64,000 nucleotides of DNA from Histomonas meleagridis 2922-C6/04-290x (Eukaryota; Protista; Parabasalia), in NCBI GenBank assembly GCA_020184695.1, contig JAANOX010000011.1, positions 1 through 64,000 on the forward strand, written 5' to 3'. Shown in pieces: positions 1-13,000 of this stretch; position 1 is the first letter of the stretch, and the number at the start of each line of letters is the position of its first letter. The notes under the pieces are model-generated. The model was not told the origin of the DNA. It searched no databases and saw only the letters and a program-made list of their open reading frames with translations. The position numbers were made by a program, and so were the translations under genes.

Positions 1-930
1 AAGTTGGCTGCATTATTGTTTTTTGTTACCTAGAATGACTTAAGACAGGACGGATTGGAGCAATGATTTTTGCATATTATATACAAAATGAAGTAAATCT
101 ACTTCATTATTTGCAAATTTTGCTGGGTCAATCATTATGGAACTCCATTATCCAGCGCAAGTCGTCCTTTAAGCTTCCATGTTTCCCATCAGCATATAGC
201 TAAACACAACAAGTCAAATTTGTGAAAATAGATTGAGAATAAGTTAAAACAGAGATGTTTTAAATTATATTTAATTTAATCTTTCTTGTTATTCTAAATA
301 TACTTATTAATTTCTTTAGGATCTCCTTTCAAAGACAGTTATTTCAGTAACAATTGGAATTGTAATAATCATCAAAATTGTGAGTAACTTATTTCCGAAA
401 ATAGACAGCAGTAACAAACCTGTTAGAACAATAGTTACTGCTCTCTGTTGCTGCTTGACCTGTTAGATAAATATTTAACTTGAAAAAGTGGAATTTGAGA
501 AGTTGTAAAGTTCGATAAGTTTTACATAACCGTTTTGTACAGGAATTCCGTGTTACAGTTTACATAAATAATAAGTTTTGATGGTTAAGCATAATTAATT
601 CATGAGTAATGTATTTTTCTGGAATTGTTTCTTTAATGTTTAACCGAATCTATCGATTAAAAATGCAATAAAAACAAATCATATTCATTAATTTACAAAT
701 CTGATAAAAACGTCGGAATAGCTTAAAAACTCACATAGAAATTTATTTCCGCATTTAAAGTATTATTAATTATTGAAAACAATATTTTTTTCGTTAAGGA
801 AGTTAGCCATTTTTTAAAGAATTGTCGAAATTGTAAACATCACAAATGCGTATGAAAAAGTTGCATTCAATAGTTTTATGGAAAATTGTGTTCGAATAAA
901 TAATTGAAAAGATTACTGTCAAATCCATAG

Positions 931-3900
931 ATGAGCAATAATCAAGTATATCTTCTCAGTCGGAATGACATCAACACGTGGGATAAAATAGACGAAATGC
1001 CAATTGTAGAAACGGCGCCACGTTCAGTTCCGTTATCATCTTTTTATCACAGTCCCCTCCTGAAGGTTATTACAAAACCATCTGATATCCCAAAAATCAG
1101 AATTACCAGCAGTAGAGAATGTTTCCACTATTAACCTCATAAAAAGAAGATATAATTCTTCTCGATGTACTTATCAGTACTATTCTCAAAGAGGTCTCAC
1201 ACCTCCTCTTTTCGCTTATATCGAGAAGCTAAAAAGCAACAAGCAGGAACTACACTAATGCCAGATTCCTTCAAAACGCCACAAGTCAAAAGAAATCATA
1301 AAAAGGAATATTAGTTCCACAAGTGAACTTCCTCAAAGCAGAAAAAGAAGCAAGTGAAGAAATCATTGATCATTTTTATCACATCTTCACTAATGAAAAG
1401 ATATGGAAAGATGGAGAATATTGCAATGAGTTATTTGATAATATTTGTTTAGCATTATATAAAATGACAGCACTTGAACAACTTGCGCCATCAAAGAAAG
1501 GTGTGTTAAATGATATCTCTGGCTTTGTCAAGATCTATGATGATAATTCATATGCTGCTGAAGTACAACATATTCGAATATGGTTTTCTAACACACGTTC
1601 CATTACTAATGGTCTTCTTGAAAAGATGGAAATAATTTCGCCCGAACTTACAAATCAAATCTTTCATAAGTTACTTCCATACATACAAAAAAACATAATC
1701 TCACAAGAGAACCTTATTCCTGACATGCACATGGCTTATACCAATGCGTATGGGTTTGTCTTGCGATTTTATCTGCAACAATTCAACAAAGAACGTGCGG
1801 GCGTCAAAAGTAAGAAAGCCAAAATTCAAAAATCAAACCGCTTTCCAATGAAATCATTGCTTTTTCAAAGGAGCGCATTGAAAAATATCCTGAAATTCCA
1901 TTGATCTTTGCATTTTCACAGGAAACAACGTACGCGATCCCTGGTGAAGCTCCGGTTTTTCCCATCAAAGCCGACCGTTTCCAATGCCATTGAGATCAAA
2001 CCATTAGAGACTCAACTTGAGAATTTACGAGTTATCTTTAAACAATTATCAACTTTCATAGCTCAAATGCATAATCGTTCTACTGAATCACAAAACAATG
2101 GACTACAACTTATATCTATTATATCACAAGCATTAAAACAAATTGGTCAAGCATTAAACTCAATTCGATTTAAACTTTCACATAATTTATGTCATCCACC
2201 GAAACAAAATGAGAATGATCCTAATAATTATTCCCCTTATGAACGATCAATGCGTTTAGGGCTTAAAGATGACTTACGATTAATCTTATTATTATTACAT
2301 ATCTGTCGAGCTACAAAAGAATTAATTCAAGACAACTTTCCAATTGTTTATGAAAATGTATCAAAAGCTATACAGAATTATATACAAGAATTTTCATATC
2401 ATAAAATAGGGTCTATTATCAAGAATAATTCGAATCAAAAACAAATTGTCCAAATCTTAGAAAAGTTACGAGTCTTATCAGGAGATTTTGCCGAAGAGAC
2501 ATATCAAATATTAGATAAGAAACAAAAGAAGAATCAAAAACCTGTACCACCTACATTAGCATCTGCGCCACGATTAGATATATTAGAATTATTACGTATC
2601 CAATTTGAACAAATGATAAATCCTGATTCACATATTACAACAAAACCTGGAGTATTTTCATCATCATTATTAATCCGAGAGAAAGATTTAAAGGAATTAG
2701 AGAAATTCATTAACGACACCAAATATTTCCAACAATTCATACAATTAAAAGATACAATTAATGTTGTATGTGATCAAAGTAATTTATTCTTTAAAGAACA
2801 TTATTTAGGTATGAACAATGTTTCATTTTTCCCAGTAACTACATCAATACCAATGTTATTATCTGATTATGCATTAGAGAATTATCAAAAGCCCGAATTA
2901 ACAGGTGCAATTTTTTATCCGTTAAGTATTTATGATGATGCTGCATCTACAGCTTTACGATATTTAAAGTCACGATATTTATATGATGAAATTAAAGAAG
3001 AATCACGAATATGTTTAATGTCTATTTCTAAAAAGATATCTGATTCTACATTTCATCCAATTCGAAGATTTGCATCAATACGATCATTACGTAATTCATT
3101 ATTACAAGATGTTATTAAATTGATTGAAAATTCACCATTAATCGAAGGAGTTAATGCTATTCGACTTGGAGTATTATTACAACAAAATCAATTATATTCA
3201 TTAGGTTATCAAGTTGATATTAAATCATTAATAGCAGAAAGAATGAATGAAATATTTAATAATGAATTAATGAATATTTTAGGGATAATTGAAAAACATG
3301 GAATATTAGTATCAATAACAACAAATAAATTAATTGAAATGATGAAATATACACATGAAATTATTAATTCATTTGGTTTACCATTAATATCATTTAATAA
3401 TTTATTATCTAGAGTATTAGCTACAGATACACCTAATAGTATTCAATCATTATTATTAATATATATTGTAGATCATTTAACATCAGAAGATTTATTTGAT
3501 TATTATTTATTAACTAATCCAATGAGATTAATTCCTAAAAGTTCGAAAGTTGTCTCATTTAAATCAATAGCTTCTGGATTTTTCGGTGATATATTACAAA
3601 ACATATTTGAGAAAACTTCATCATTTATATCGATTGAGAATTTCCGAGAATTATTTAATTATTTAGATGAAGGTTCAATCTATTTAATGTATACGCAAAT
3701 AATTCCAACATTTAATACATTATATAATGAATTCCAAAATGTTTATGATTCAGTCCGAAATAGATTACAACGTATTAAAGATGGACCATTATCATTAAAT
3801 TGTTTCCAAATCTATGATCGTTTTGAAGGTGCATATCGATATTTTAAAGATGACAATGAAATCTTAAACTTATTCCAAATCATGAGTGAGATTGGTAATA

Positions 3901-4574
3901 TATTAGCGATAGTTGAAATGATTGATAATGCATATTTAATGAAATCACAAACCACTTCACAAATATTTTCATTTTTCATGGAGAAAAGTTTTAATTCTAA
4001 AAATGATAATCAAAATAATAATAATTCAGAATTCTTCCAAATGTTCGATTCTGGTTTTCAAGAAACAGCAAAATATTTCGATTCTTATAATGTATTTCCA
4101 ACGGAAAGTAATGTGATGCAGCCATTCTTACATAGCTTATTAGCGGAATTTAACAATTGCGTATCAAAAACAAATATATTTGATGAAACTTCTTCCAATT
4201 TGACCGATTTCACATCATTAAAAGGTTTCGCTGCTAATTGGGGAGTGTTGGAGTTCTTGTTCTGTTTGATTGAGTCCGGAAAAGATGAGAAAAATGAAGA
4301 AAATGAACAAGAACAAGAAAATAAAGGAGCAATAGATCGATTCGGTGAAGGAGTAATGTTATGTGCGGCTGCAATATTGACAATAACAAACCAATGCTCT
4401 TTGTATAGAGCTTATGGAATCGGTGAAAGAATCGCGGCACAGTTCCAGACTGACTTCTCTGTGATGAAATATAACAGAGTAAAAAGATTCGTAAGTGCGT
4501 ACGAGTTCATAATGTCATCAATGAAATGCGCAATTTCGTCGTATCAACCGGTGCTGAAGCAAATGCAAAAGTGA
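931..4574 (+). CDS. CYFIP: CYFIP/Sra1/PIR121 homolog (WAVE/SCAR complex), 5' third broken by several frameshifts
   Basis: ORFs 931-1134, 1323-1904 and 1908-4574 are collinear pieces. Motifs match recalled CYFIP family motifs: LEQLAPSKKGVLNDISGF, FPVTTSIPMLLSDYAL, YPLSIYDDAASTALRYLKSRYLYDEIKEE, FAANWGVLEFLFC, FGEGVMLCAAAIL. Frameshifts may be real decay or assembly errors. Confidence 0.85.
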
Positions 4575-4599
4575 TTGGAATAAAATGTCATTCGACGGA

Positions 4600-5800
4600 A
4601 CGTTTTGAATTGTTTGAGGTGTAATTCGACAATTTGCAGATGCATTCGTAAGTGCTGTGCGAAGTAAATAAATATCAAAATGTATTCGTAAGTGCTGTGC
4701 GAAGTAAATAAATATCAAAATGTATTCGTAAGTGCTGTGCGAAGTAAATAAATATCAAAATGTATTCGTAAATGCTGTGCGAAGTAAATAAATATCAAAA
4801 TGTATTCGTAAGTGCTGTGCGAAGTAAATAAATATCAAAATGTATTCGTAAGTGCTGTGCGAAGTAAATAAATATCAAAATGTATTCGTAAGTGCTGTGT
4901 AGAAGTAAATAAATATCAAAATGTATTCGTAAGTGCTGTGCGAAGTAAATAAATATCAAAATGTATTCGTAAGTGCTGTGCGAAGTAAATAAATATCAAA
5001 GAGAAGTAAATAAATATCAAAATGTATTCGTAAGTGCTGTGCGAAGTAAATAAATATCAAAATGTATTCGTAAGTGCTGTGCGAAGTAAATAAATATCAA
5101 AATGTATTCGTAAGTGCTGTGCGAAGTAAATAAATATCAAAATGTATTCGTAAGTGCTGTGTGAAGTAAATAAATATCAAAATGTATTCGTAAGTGCTGT
5201 GTGAAGTAAATAAATATCAAAATGTATTCGTAAGTGCTGTGCGAAGTAAATAAATATCAAAATGTATTCGTAAGTGCTGTGCGAAGTAAATAAATATCAA
5301 AATGTATTCGTAAGTGCTGTGCGAAGTAAATAAATATCAAAATGTATTCGTAAGTGCTGTGTGAAGTAAATAAATATCAAAATGTATTCTCAAATATGAT
5401 ATTGATATCTTGTGTACGAATATCAATTAAATGTTATTTGAGGAGTAATTTGACAATTTTCATATTGTTTCTTTTAGATGCACAAATAAGTACTGTGATA
5501 AATAATTTAAACAATTCCCAAAAACTATTTAAAAACATAAAACAATCAAAACTATAAATATATTTTATGATTTGATTAAATTGAAAAACAAGAAATACGT
5601 TTGCATCTTTTGCAGCATTATAGATAGTTGACTCACTAACCCATAACAAAATTTCATAATCTCCATATTCCTCACAAAATTCATTAAGTTGATTTCTTCC
5701 ACGTGGTGAGTTAGAATTTTGCAATTCTACTAACAAAAAAATATTTAACGATTTCATTTCGATGATAGTAAAGTTTGCTTCACATGAGTTTTCAAATGAT
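4600..5800 (-). pseudogene. Degenerate spacer-interrupted ankyrin locus (E) containing the minisatellite
   Basis: Head remnant YHRNEIVKYF, a family-type spacer (ATG, 20-nt TTTTTAAATAGTTTTTGGGA, 19 nt), module ITVLICASKRNNMKIVKLLLK*HLIDIRTQD, then the satellite, then RTALTNASANCRI. Confidence 0.7.
4641..5389. repeat. 40-bp minisatellite, ~18.5 copies
   Basis: Unit TGTATTCGTAAGTGCTGTGCGAAGTAAATAAATATCAAAA: 9 copies, a half copy at ~5001-5021, then 9 more, with few substitutions. Confidence 0.97.
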
Positions 5801-6080
5801 AGATATTATCATTCTTAATAAATTTTTTTCCTGAAACTTCAAATTCATTAATTGATTTAATAGACTTTGTATCAAGTCTTTCGTCTTCTGGCTTCAAATA
5901 TAAAAAAAAATTGGTTTTATTTTTTAGTACTATGTCTTCATCAATATGCACTTGTGCGCTAAAATTAGTGAGTTTGAATCGAATAAATTTATTTCAGCTT
6001 AGAATTCTCAGTAAAGCCACAAGTAAAAAAAGTTCCGATTTTAATGTGAGTAAATGTATTTTCTAAATTTAATTTAGTTT

Positions 6081-7367
6081 TTATTGAAATAATTTTGTTT
6101 CGATCTCTTTCAACACAGAAAATTCTGTTTCTTCATTTTTAATATGATTTTCGTGATAAATTGGCGTTGGATCACATCCATCTTCATTTATTTCGATTTC
6201 TCCACAACAAGTATAATTTACGTATTGAACAAAATTACCATTTTCATCTGCATCATATTCTTCCATTTCTCCATTCTTGAAAGGTATTCTTTCTCCCCTA
6301 TGCTTATGTGTAATACATTGACTTCCATCATCAATTCCAAAGAAATTGTGACAAATTTTACATTCATGTAGTGACACTTTTTCGAATAAAGCTTTGATTT
6401 CATTTTTGACAAGTTTTTCTTTTTCTTCAGTGAAGTTAACTTTCATGATATACAACTTGACAGAAAAGATTCCTTCGTCTTGTTCTTGTTCTTCATGCAT
6501 ATCTTCTTCTGGAGGGATTTCTTTATACAACATAATTATATCACATTTTTCTTGAATTTGACGTAATGTGGTTGGATTAAAATATTCACGGTCAATGTTA
6601 TGGAACTCATATACAAGATAATTTCTGTTGAAGATCGTATTAAGTGCAACACTTACCAAATCTTGGGTTTCTTTGGCAGATGAGGTTTCTGAATCATAAA
6701 AACCTAAATGTGTTTTCCCTTGCTCTTTGGAAACAAAGCTAATTGGGATTGGAATTGGAAGAGCTGCAGATAATGTAATTTCATTTGGAAATGTCTTGTT
6801 GCATAAAAAGCGCATATTATATGGTTGGTCAATAACAAAGGCTTCTATAAAGAAATCAACAATTGATGATGGAACTTTCATATAACTTACAACAGGTGCT
6901 TTAATGGAATAATTGAATGGTGGTCTTGTGAGAAGATATGTTCCTGCTTCTTTGATGTTCATTATTTCACTATCAGTAGTTTCTGGAGTGACTTTATGAG
7001 TCATTAAATATATGTAATGTCGATGTTGTGGCGTAAGTTTTCCTGATACAATTTGATGTGGTAAAATCGGAGGAGCTTCTTCTTGAGGTTGATCGCTTTT
7101 TGGTGGTGGAGCTTTACTTCGATATCTGCTTCTTTGACGATTCGGACTGTTGTGGTCGTATTGCGTTCTCCTACCATAGCGGTTTTGTGAGTTTGGTTCA
7201 TTTTGTGCATTATTCATTCCAACATTTTTAGCATGAGTTTCTTTTGGCATAATATTGAATGAATTGTGTTTTGTTGGCGCTGGTGGTGGAGGAACCGGTT
7301 TTTTTGTTAGCTTCTCAGGGTTCCAAGGTGGAATTTCCAAAGGCGTGTGGCTCATCTTATGTGTCAC
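6081..7367 (-). CDS. Hypothetical protein with Pro-rich N-terminus and C-terminal Cys/His-rich (CHORD/Btk-like) zinc-binding motif
   Basis: 428-aa ORF; C-terminal CKIC-x11-CITH...YTCC-x9-GC...H pattern. Confidence 0.75.
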   Translation of the reverse strand: MTHKMSHTPLEIPPWNPEKLTKKPVPPPPAPTKHNSFNIMPKETHAKNVGMNNAQNEPNSQNRYGRRTQYDHNSPNRQRSRYRSKAPPPKSDQPQEEAPPILPHQIVSGKLTPQHRHYIYLMTHKVTPETTDSEIMNIKEAGTYLLTRPPFNYSIKAPVVSYMKVPSSIVDFFIEAFVIDQPYNMRFLCNKTFPNEITLSAALPIPIPISFVSKEQGKTHLGFYDSETSSAKETQDLVSVALNTIFNRNYLVYEFHNIDREYFNPTTLRQIQEKCDIIMLYKEIPPEEDMHEEQEQDEGIFSVKLYIMKVNFTEEKEKLVKNEIKALFEKVSLHECKICHNFFGIDDGSQCITHKHRGERIPFKNGEMEEYDADENGNFVQYVNYTCCGEIEINEDGCDPTPIYHENHIKNEETEFSVLKEIETKLFQ

Positions 7368-7620
7368 TTTTCAGCCGAAATTTTTTTGTGAAGAAAACTG
7401 AAGTTTATAAACTTTACATTTACCATTAAACGGTCAACAAGGTATTCAATGATTTTTTAATTTTTTATGAGATTTGGGAAGTGTTGTTGAATTTATCAAA
7501 TGAACGATATTTCGAAATATAATTGTTGTTTGTTTTTTAAATCATAAATGCTAAACAAGTTATATATAAAAATTATAATTTGACCAAATATTATTTAAGT
7601 ATTTTCAAAATAAATTTTTG

Positions 7621-8515
7621 TTAAAAAAAACATGTTTTATTGATCAAAAAAAAAAATATGGGGTTTTAACTGTTTTGAAAAACATCTGATGTGTATTGTT
7701 CATCTGCGTTTTGGAAATTCAGGCTTTGTGGTGAGATTCCATTTTGACACATCAAAATTTGCCCTTGTAAAATAGAAATACGTGCTTTAAGTTCTTCTGG
7801 TGAAAGTTCTTCAAGTGTAGTAACATCTGGAATATCAACTAACTGACTAATATTAATGTGATTGCTTTTCTTATTCTCATTTCGCTTTTGATATTTATAT
7901 TCCGGATGAATTTGTTTGAAATCACTTTGTTTTAACTTCGCTTGTTCTTTGTATGGTTGTCTTTCTGCATCACTTAAACTCTTCCACATATTCGCTAATA
8001 CTTTGGTAACTTCAAGATTTGGAAGTTCTGGGTGTTCTTCATGAACTTTGCTTCGATTTTCAACACAATATAGAAAAAAAGCATTCGGTGGACGACTGAT
8101 CTTCTTTTGTTTCTCTGTTGCTTCAATACTCGAAATTTCTACATTCGTGTTTTCGAATGGTAAAACTGAAAGCGCATCCATTTGAAAAATAAAAAATTCT
8201 AAAGACGTTATTTAGAGGTTTTGAATGGGGTGCCCCATATGAAATTTGAGTGACTTTGTTTGAACAGTAAAATGCTCTTTCTTTTGCTTTTTGGGATATC
8301 CCAAAGCAAATCTATTACAGAAAATGTGTTCAAACATTTAACAGCTCATTGGAAGGGAGAGGATCGTATTCAGAAAATCATGAAATTGATCCCACAATTT
8401 CACGTTTTTCTTTAGATTGCGATTCTTCACCTGGAAAATATATTTTATCATGCAACATTAAAAATATAACAGGAGATGTAGAAACCACTTTCTTTATTAA
8501 ATCAGAAGAGGAAGA
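7621..8515. repeat. Direct segmental duplication of 24875-25825
   Basis: Near-identical HMG gene plus divergent promoter and the 5' part of the neighbouring gene. Confidence 0.92.
7666..8181 (-). CDS. HMG-box protein (SOX/MATA-type), copy 1
   Basis: RPPNAFFLYCVENRSKVHEEHPELPNLEVTKVLANMWKSLSDAERQPYKEQA...HPEYKY is a canonical HMG box. Confidence 0.93.
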   Translation of the reverse strand: MDALSVLPFENTNVEISSIEATEKQKKISRPPNAFFLYCVENRSKVHEEHPELPNLEVTKVLANMWKSLSDAERQPYKEQAKLKQSDFKQIHPEYKYQKRNENKKSNHINISQLVDIPDVTTLEELSPEELKARISILQGQILMCQNGISPQSLNFQNADEQYTSDVFQNS

Positions 8516-8546
8516 TACAGTCACTTTAGGTTTCATTGAATTTTAA
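8271..8546 (+). pseudogene. Truncated, frameshifted copy of the 25582-26241 membrane protein gene
   Basis: Same MLFLLLFGISQSKS start, a 1-nt deletion near CATTGGAAGG, and homology ending after FFIKSEE. Confidence 0.85.
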
Positions 8547-8996
8547 TGGGAATTAACCTTAAAGGGGTACAACCTAAAACACAGTTACAGTAATTACTGG
8601 TGTGTAAGAGAGCCTCGAAGTTAGACGTTAAGAACTCAACTATAGGGTCGATTTGGTGAAATTTATCGTATTTATATTCAAACCCTAGATTTTAACTTAT
8701 TTCTTCCAAACTTAGAACATAATTATTCTATTTAGAGACAAATATCATATGAAATCCTCTTTATGAAGTTTCTCAAAATATCAGCTGATTTTCATTTTCA
8801 TTTGGTATAATATAAATTATATTCAATGAAAATATTATGTAACAAATATGTAATTTACATAAAGAAAAAAAGATGCGTATTTATTAATATGGTATTATAT
8901 AAAAAAAGAGATATAACATAAAAAATTAATTTAAAAAAAAATAAATATTAAGAAAAAAAGAATATTTTAAATTTTTGATCATAATTTAAAATTTAA

Positions 8997-9740
8997 TTAT
9001 TTAGATTCATCAGAGACACTATTTTGCTTTTGTTTTTTAGATCTCCAGATAAAGAAAACAACGACAGCTGCTATTATAATAACTATAATAGGAATGCAAA
9101 CGCCCAATGCAATAGCTGTCGCATTAGAAGTGGGAAAATTCCATTACATTGTTCATTAAATCCACCATAAGCATTTGCAGATGTAATTTGATTTTCTAAT
9201 TGTTCAATGTAATTATCTGTGACATCAGGATTAAGCACTGTAAAACCTGGCTTGTAATCTTCATTGGCACCACCATAAAGACTTAAGTAAAACATATCTG
9301 GAGCAAAATATACTTGATTTGATTTTATGTTAGAGGGAGAATTTACGATTTCCTTATTGCCATAATCATATACACATAAATTAAGATTATCTCCACAATA
9401 ATAAAATGCACTACTGTAAATATAAGAAATATTTGAATAAATTGAAATTGAGCTTCTTTGTGAACAATAAGAAAAGGCAGATGAATTAATACATTTTTCT
9501 TATTTAATGCAACATTTTAATAAATTATAACATTGAGAAAATGCAGAAGAACCAATTGAATTAACATTTGGCATTTGAAATGTGACTAAAGAAGATTTAG
9601 AAAAAGCATAATTACCAATTGAATTAATATTTGTCAATGAAAGATTTGCTAAAGAAGAAGATTTAGAAAATGCATAATTACCAATTGAATTAACATTTGG
9701 TATTTGAATTATGACTAAAGAATCGCATTGAGAAATAAAA
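8997..9740 (-). pseudogene. BspA-like (TpLRR) surface protein fragment
   Basis: Repeats IPNVNSIGNYAFSKS/MPNVNSIGSSAFSQC, an in-frame stop, at least 2 frameshifts, and a C-terminal TM segment AIALGVCIPIIVIIIAAVVVFFIW plus tail. Confidence 0.8.
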
Positions 9741-10059
9741 AATTTATTAAATATGGTTTACAATACTGACTTTTAAAGGAAAGTATACAATTTCGAATAA
9801 TTCATATTGATACATTTATAATTTGGTATGTGCAAAACAAAATTTAACTTTTGGTTTTGGTGCCGAATTTTTTGGTTTAATTTGTTGAATCATTGTATCA
9901 CTTGTTTGTGTATCTATATCAATTTTTATCTTTTGGGTAACATTTACTTTTGGTATTTGTTCTTGAAGCGATTGATTATTTGGTTTATAAGTGTAAGTTT
10001 TCCAAATTTCATTTCCTTGAAAGTTTGGTCTATTTCTAGATGCATAAAATTGTTTTGCT

Positions 10060-13000
10060 GCAAATATTTCTAATAAACCTCAAATTAAAACTAAAAATAA
10101 TTTTAAGATTATTATGATTTTCATGAGCTAAAAGTAATTTAATAATTTCTGTTTTTCGATTAAATGCAGCAAAAATGACTGCGTTCCAAAATAAAATGAA
10201 AAAATTCCAAACACATTCATAAAACATCAAAAACTTAAAACCTATACTACATAAAACGAATAAACATTTCTCTCATTAACATCAATATTTTTATGTTGCA
10301 GAAGTAATTTAACAATTCCAATATATCCATAATAAGAAGCTATCATAAGAGGTGTTTTAAATTCTATATAAAAAATCCAAATTTTTTAATAAAATATGAA
10401 ATCATTAAATATACTATTAAAAAATATAATTAAATATTTTTTACGTTAACATCAATTTCTTTTAGCGCTAAAAGCACTTTAACTATATCAGTATTTCCTT
10501 TAAGACAAGCTTTGAATAATGCTGTATCAAATAATTTAATTTAATTCCGAATAAAATTTGGAAACTGTACGAAATTATTGATATAAACAAAGAATTATTA
10601 TAATAAATATCTTTAGAATTTACATTGATGCCTTTTTGTGCAAGAAGTAAATTCACAATACGCTTTTTCCCATATTCAGCAGCAGATATTAAAGTTGTTT
10701 CTAAAAATCTAAGTAAAAAACTTTATAATTACTAATATCTATTCTTTTATCATTAAGAAGTAACCTAACAATTTCATAATGACCATAAATCGAAGCAACT
10801 AAAAGTGGTGTATTAAATATATAAAAAAAACTGCAAATTTTATTTTGTAATATTAAATTAAATATATAAATTCTTTATATAATAAAGTAATATCAAATGA
10901 ATTAATATCTATTTCTTCATTTTCAAGTAATAATTTTACTATGTTAGTATGACCTCTTTCACATGCAAACATTAATCCCGTTCTAATTAAGTAAAAGAAA
11001 TTCCAAATATTTAAATGAAATAGTAAATTATTTGAATAAATTTTAATATATTTAATGGATAAACATCATAAACATTTACATCAATTCCTTTTTGTTGAAG
11101 TAATACTTGTACAATATTTATATTACCTTTTTCACATGCTAAAAGAAATGATGTTTCAATTATATATAATGAATTCCAAATATTTTTTAGGTATATAAAA
11201 TAATTGAAATCAATATCATAAAAAATTATTAAACATTTTTAGTATTTACATCAATTCCTTTTTGTTGAAGAAGTAACTGAACTATTTCTAAGTTATTGTC
11301 TTTTGCTGCAATTATAAGTGCTGCTTCAAATAATTTGAATAAACATCAATAATTTTTATGAAACTTCAAAAAATTAATATAAATATTAATTAAATTATAT
11401 AAATATTTTTAGCATTAATATCAATTCCTTCTTTTCCGACAAGTATTTTGATTATTTCTAGATAACCTTTTATTGTTGCAATTATAAGAGCTGTACGATA
11501 TAATTTGGGTAATTTTTTTGTTTTATTCAGAAATTTCATTAAATAATTGTAATAAATATCATAAGCATTAATATCAATTCCTTCATGTTCAAGAAGTAAT
11601 TGAACTATATCAATATAACCTCGTTCAGTTGCAATAATAAGTGGTGTTTGAAATCATTTATTTAAATCCCAATTATTCATTTGAAATATTATGAAATCAT
11701 TAAAAGAAATATTAAATATTTTAATGAAACATTTCTTACATTTACATTAATATCTTTTCGTTCAAGTAATAATTTAACAATATCTGTATGACCGTTCTCA
11801 ATCGCAAAGATTAATGCATTTCGTTATACTTTAAATAAATTATTTTCCCTTTTGTATTAACATCAATGTCTTTTTGTTGAAGTAATAATTGAACTATTTC
11901 CGTATAACCTTTTTCGGATGCTTTCATTAATGAATTCCAAAATAATTTTAATAAATTCCATTTTATATATTGAAACATAAAATTATTTAAACATATTTTA
12001 AATAGTATAAATAAATATCAAATCTATTAACATCAATACTTTCTTGTTCTAAAAGTATTTTCACAATTTCAATGTTATTATTTTCGACCATACATAAAAG
12101 AAGTGGTTGAAGTAAATCTAACAAACATCAAATATCATTTTGAAATAAAAAATCAATAAAACAAATTCTAAATAATAAAAACATACATTTTTAATATTTA
12201 TATCAATTCTTTCATGCATTAAAAGTAATTTTATTATTTCAATATGTCCGATTTCGGCTGCTTTCATTAATGCTGTATTAAATATTTAAAATAATTTCCA
12301 AATTTTATATTAAAACCTTGAATAACTAAATCAGATATTAAATAAAACATAAAAATATCTTTAGCATTAACATCAATTTCTTTATGTTCAAGAAGTAATT
12401 TAACAATTTCTACATTTCCATATTTAGATGCAACTAAAAGTGTTGTCTTAAAAAATTGATATAAATTTTAAATATTATATCAAAACATTAAATATTTAAA
12501 TTGAACTTTAAAAAAAATGAATAAAAGTTTTGAGAATTAACATCAATTCCTTTTTTCTCAAGGAGTAACTTTACAATGTCAATATTACCATTTAAAACTG
12601 CTCTCATAAGTGCTTTATCAAACAAATTAAGCAAATTCCAAATGTTATTTTGGAATATTCAGAAATCATGAGAATAAACACGAAACAAATTTAATAAATA
12701 TTTCGAGCATTAATATCAATTCCTTCTTGTTCAAGGAGTAACTTAACTATTTCTGTATGTTCGCTTTCAATAGCGAATATTAATGCGTTTCTAAATGATG
12801 GAAATAAATTATTTTCCCTTTTGCATTAATATCTATACCTTTTTGCACAAGAAGTAATTTAACAATATCTATATGCCCTAAAAAAGAAGCCTTAATTAGT
12901 GCATTCCAAAATTAATTGAATAAAATCCATTCTAGATATTAAAACATGAAATTATTAAAATATATTTTATACATAAAAAATAAAAATCATAACAATTAAA

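Noticed and set aside
1-930. Possible membrane-protein remnant on the minus strand
   Set aside because: Fragmentary frames with stops and no recognisable family.
4641-5389. CRISPR array
   Set aside because: Head-to-tail identical units with no unique spacers, no cas genes, and a eukaryotic context.
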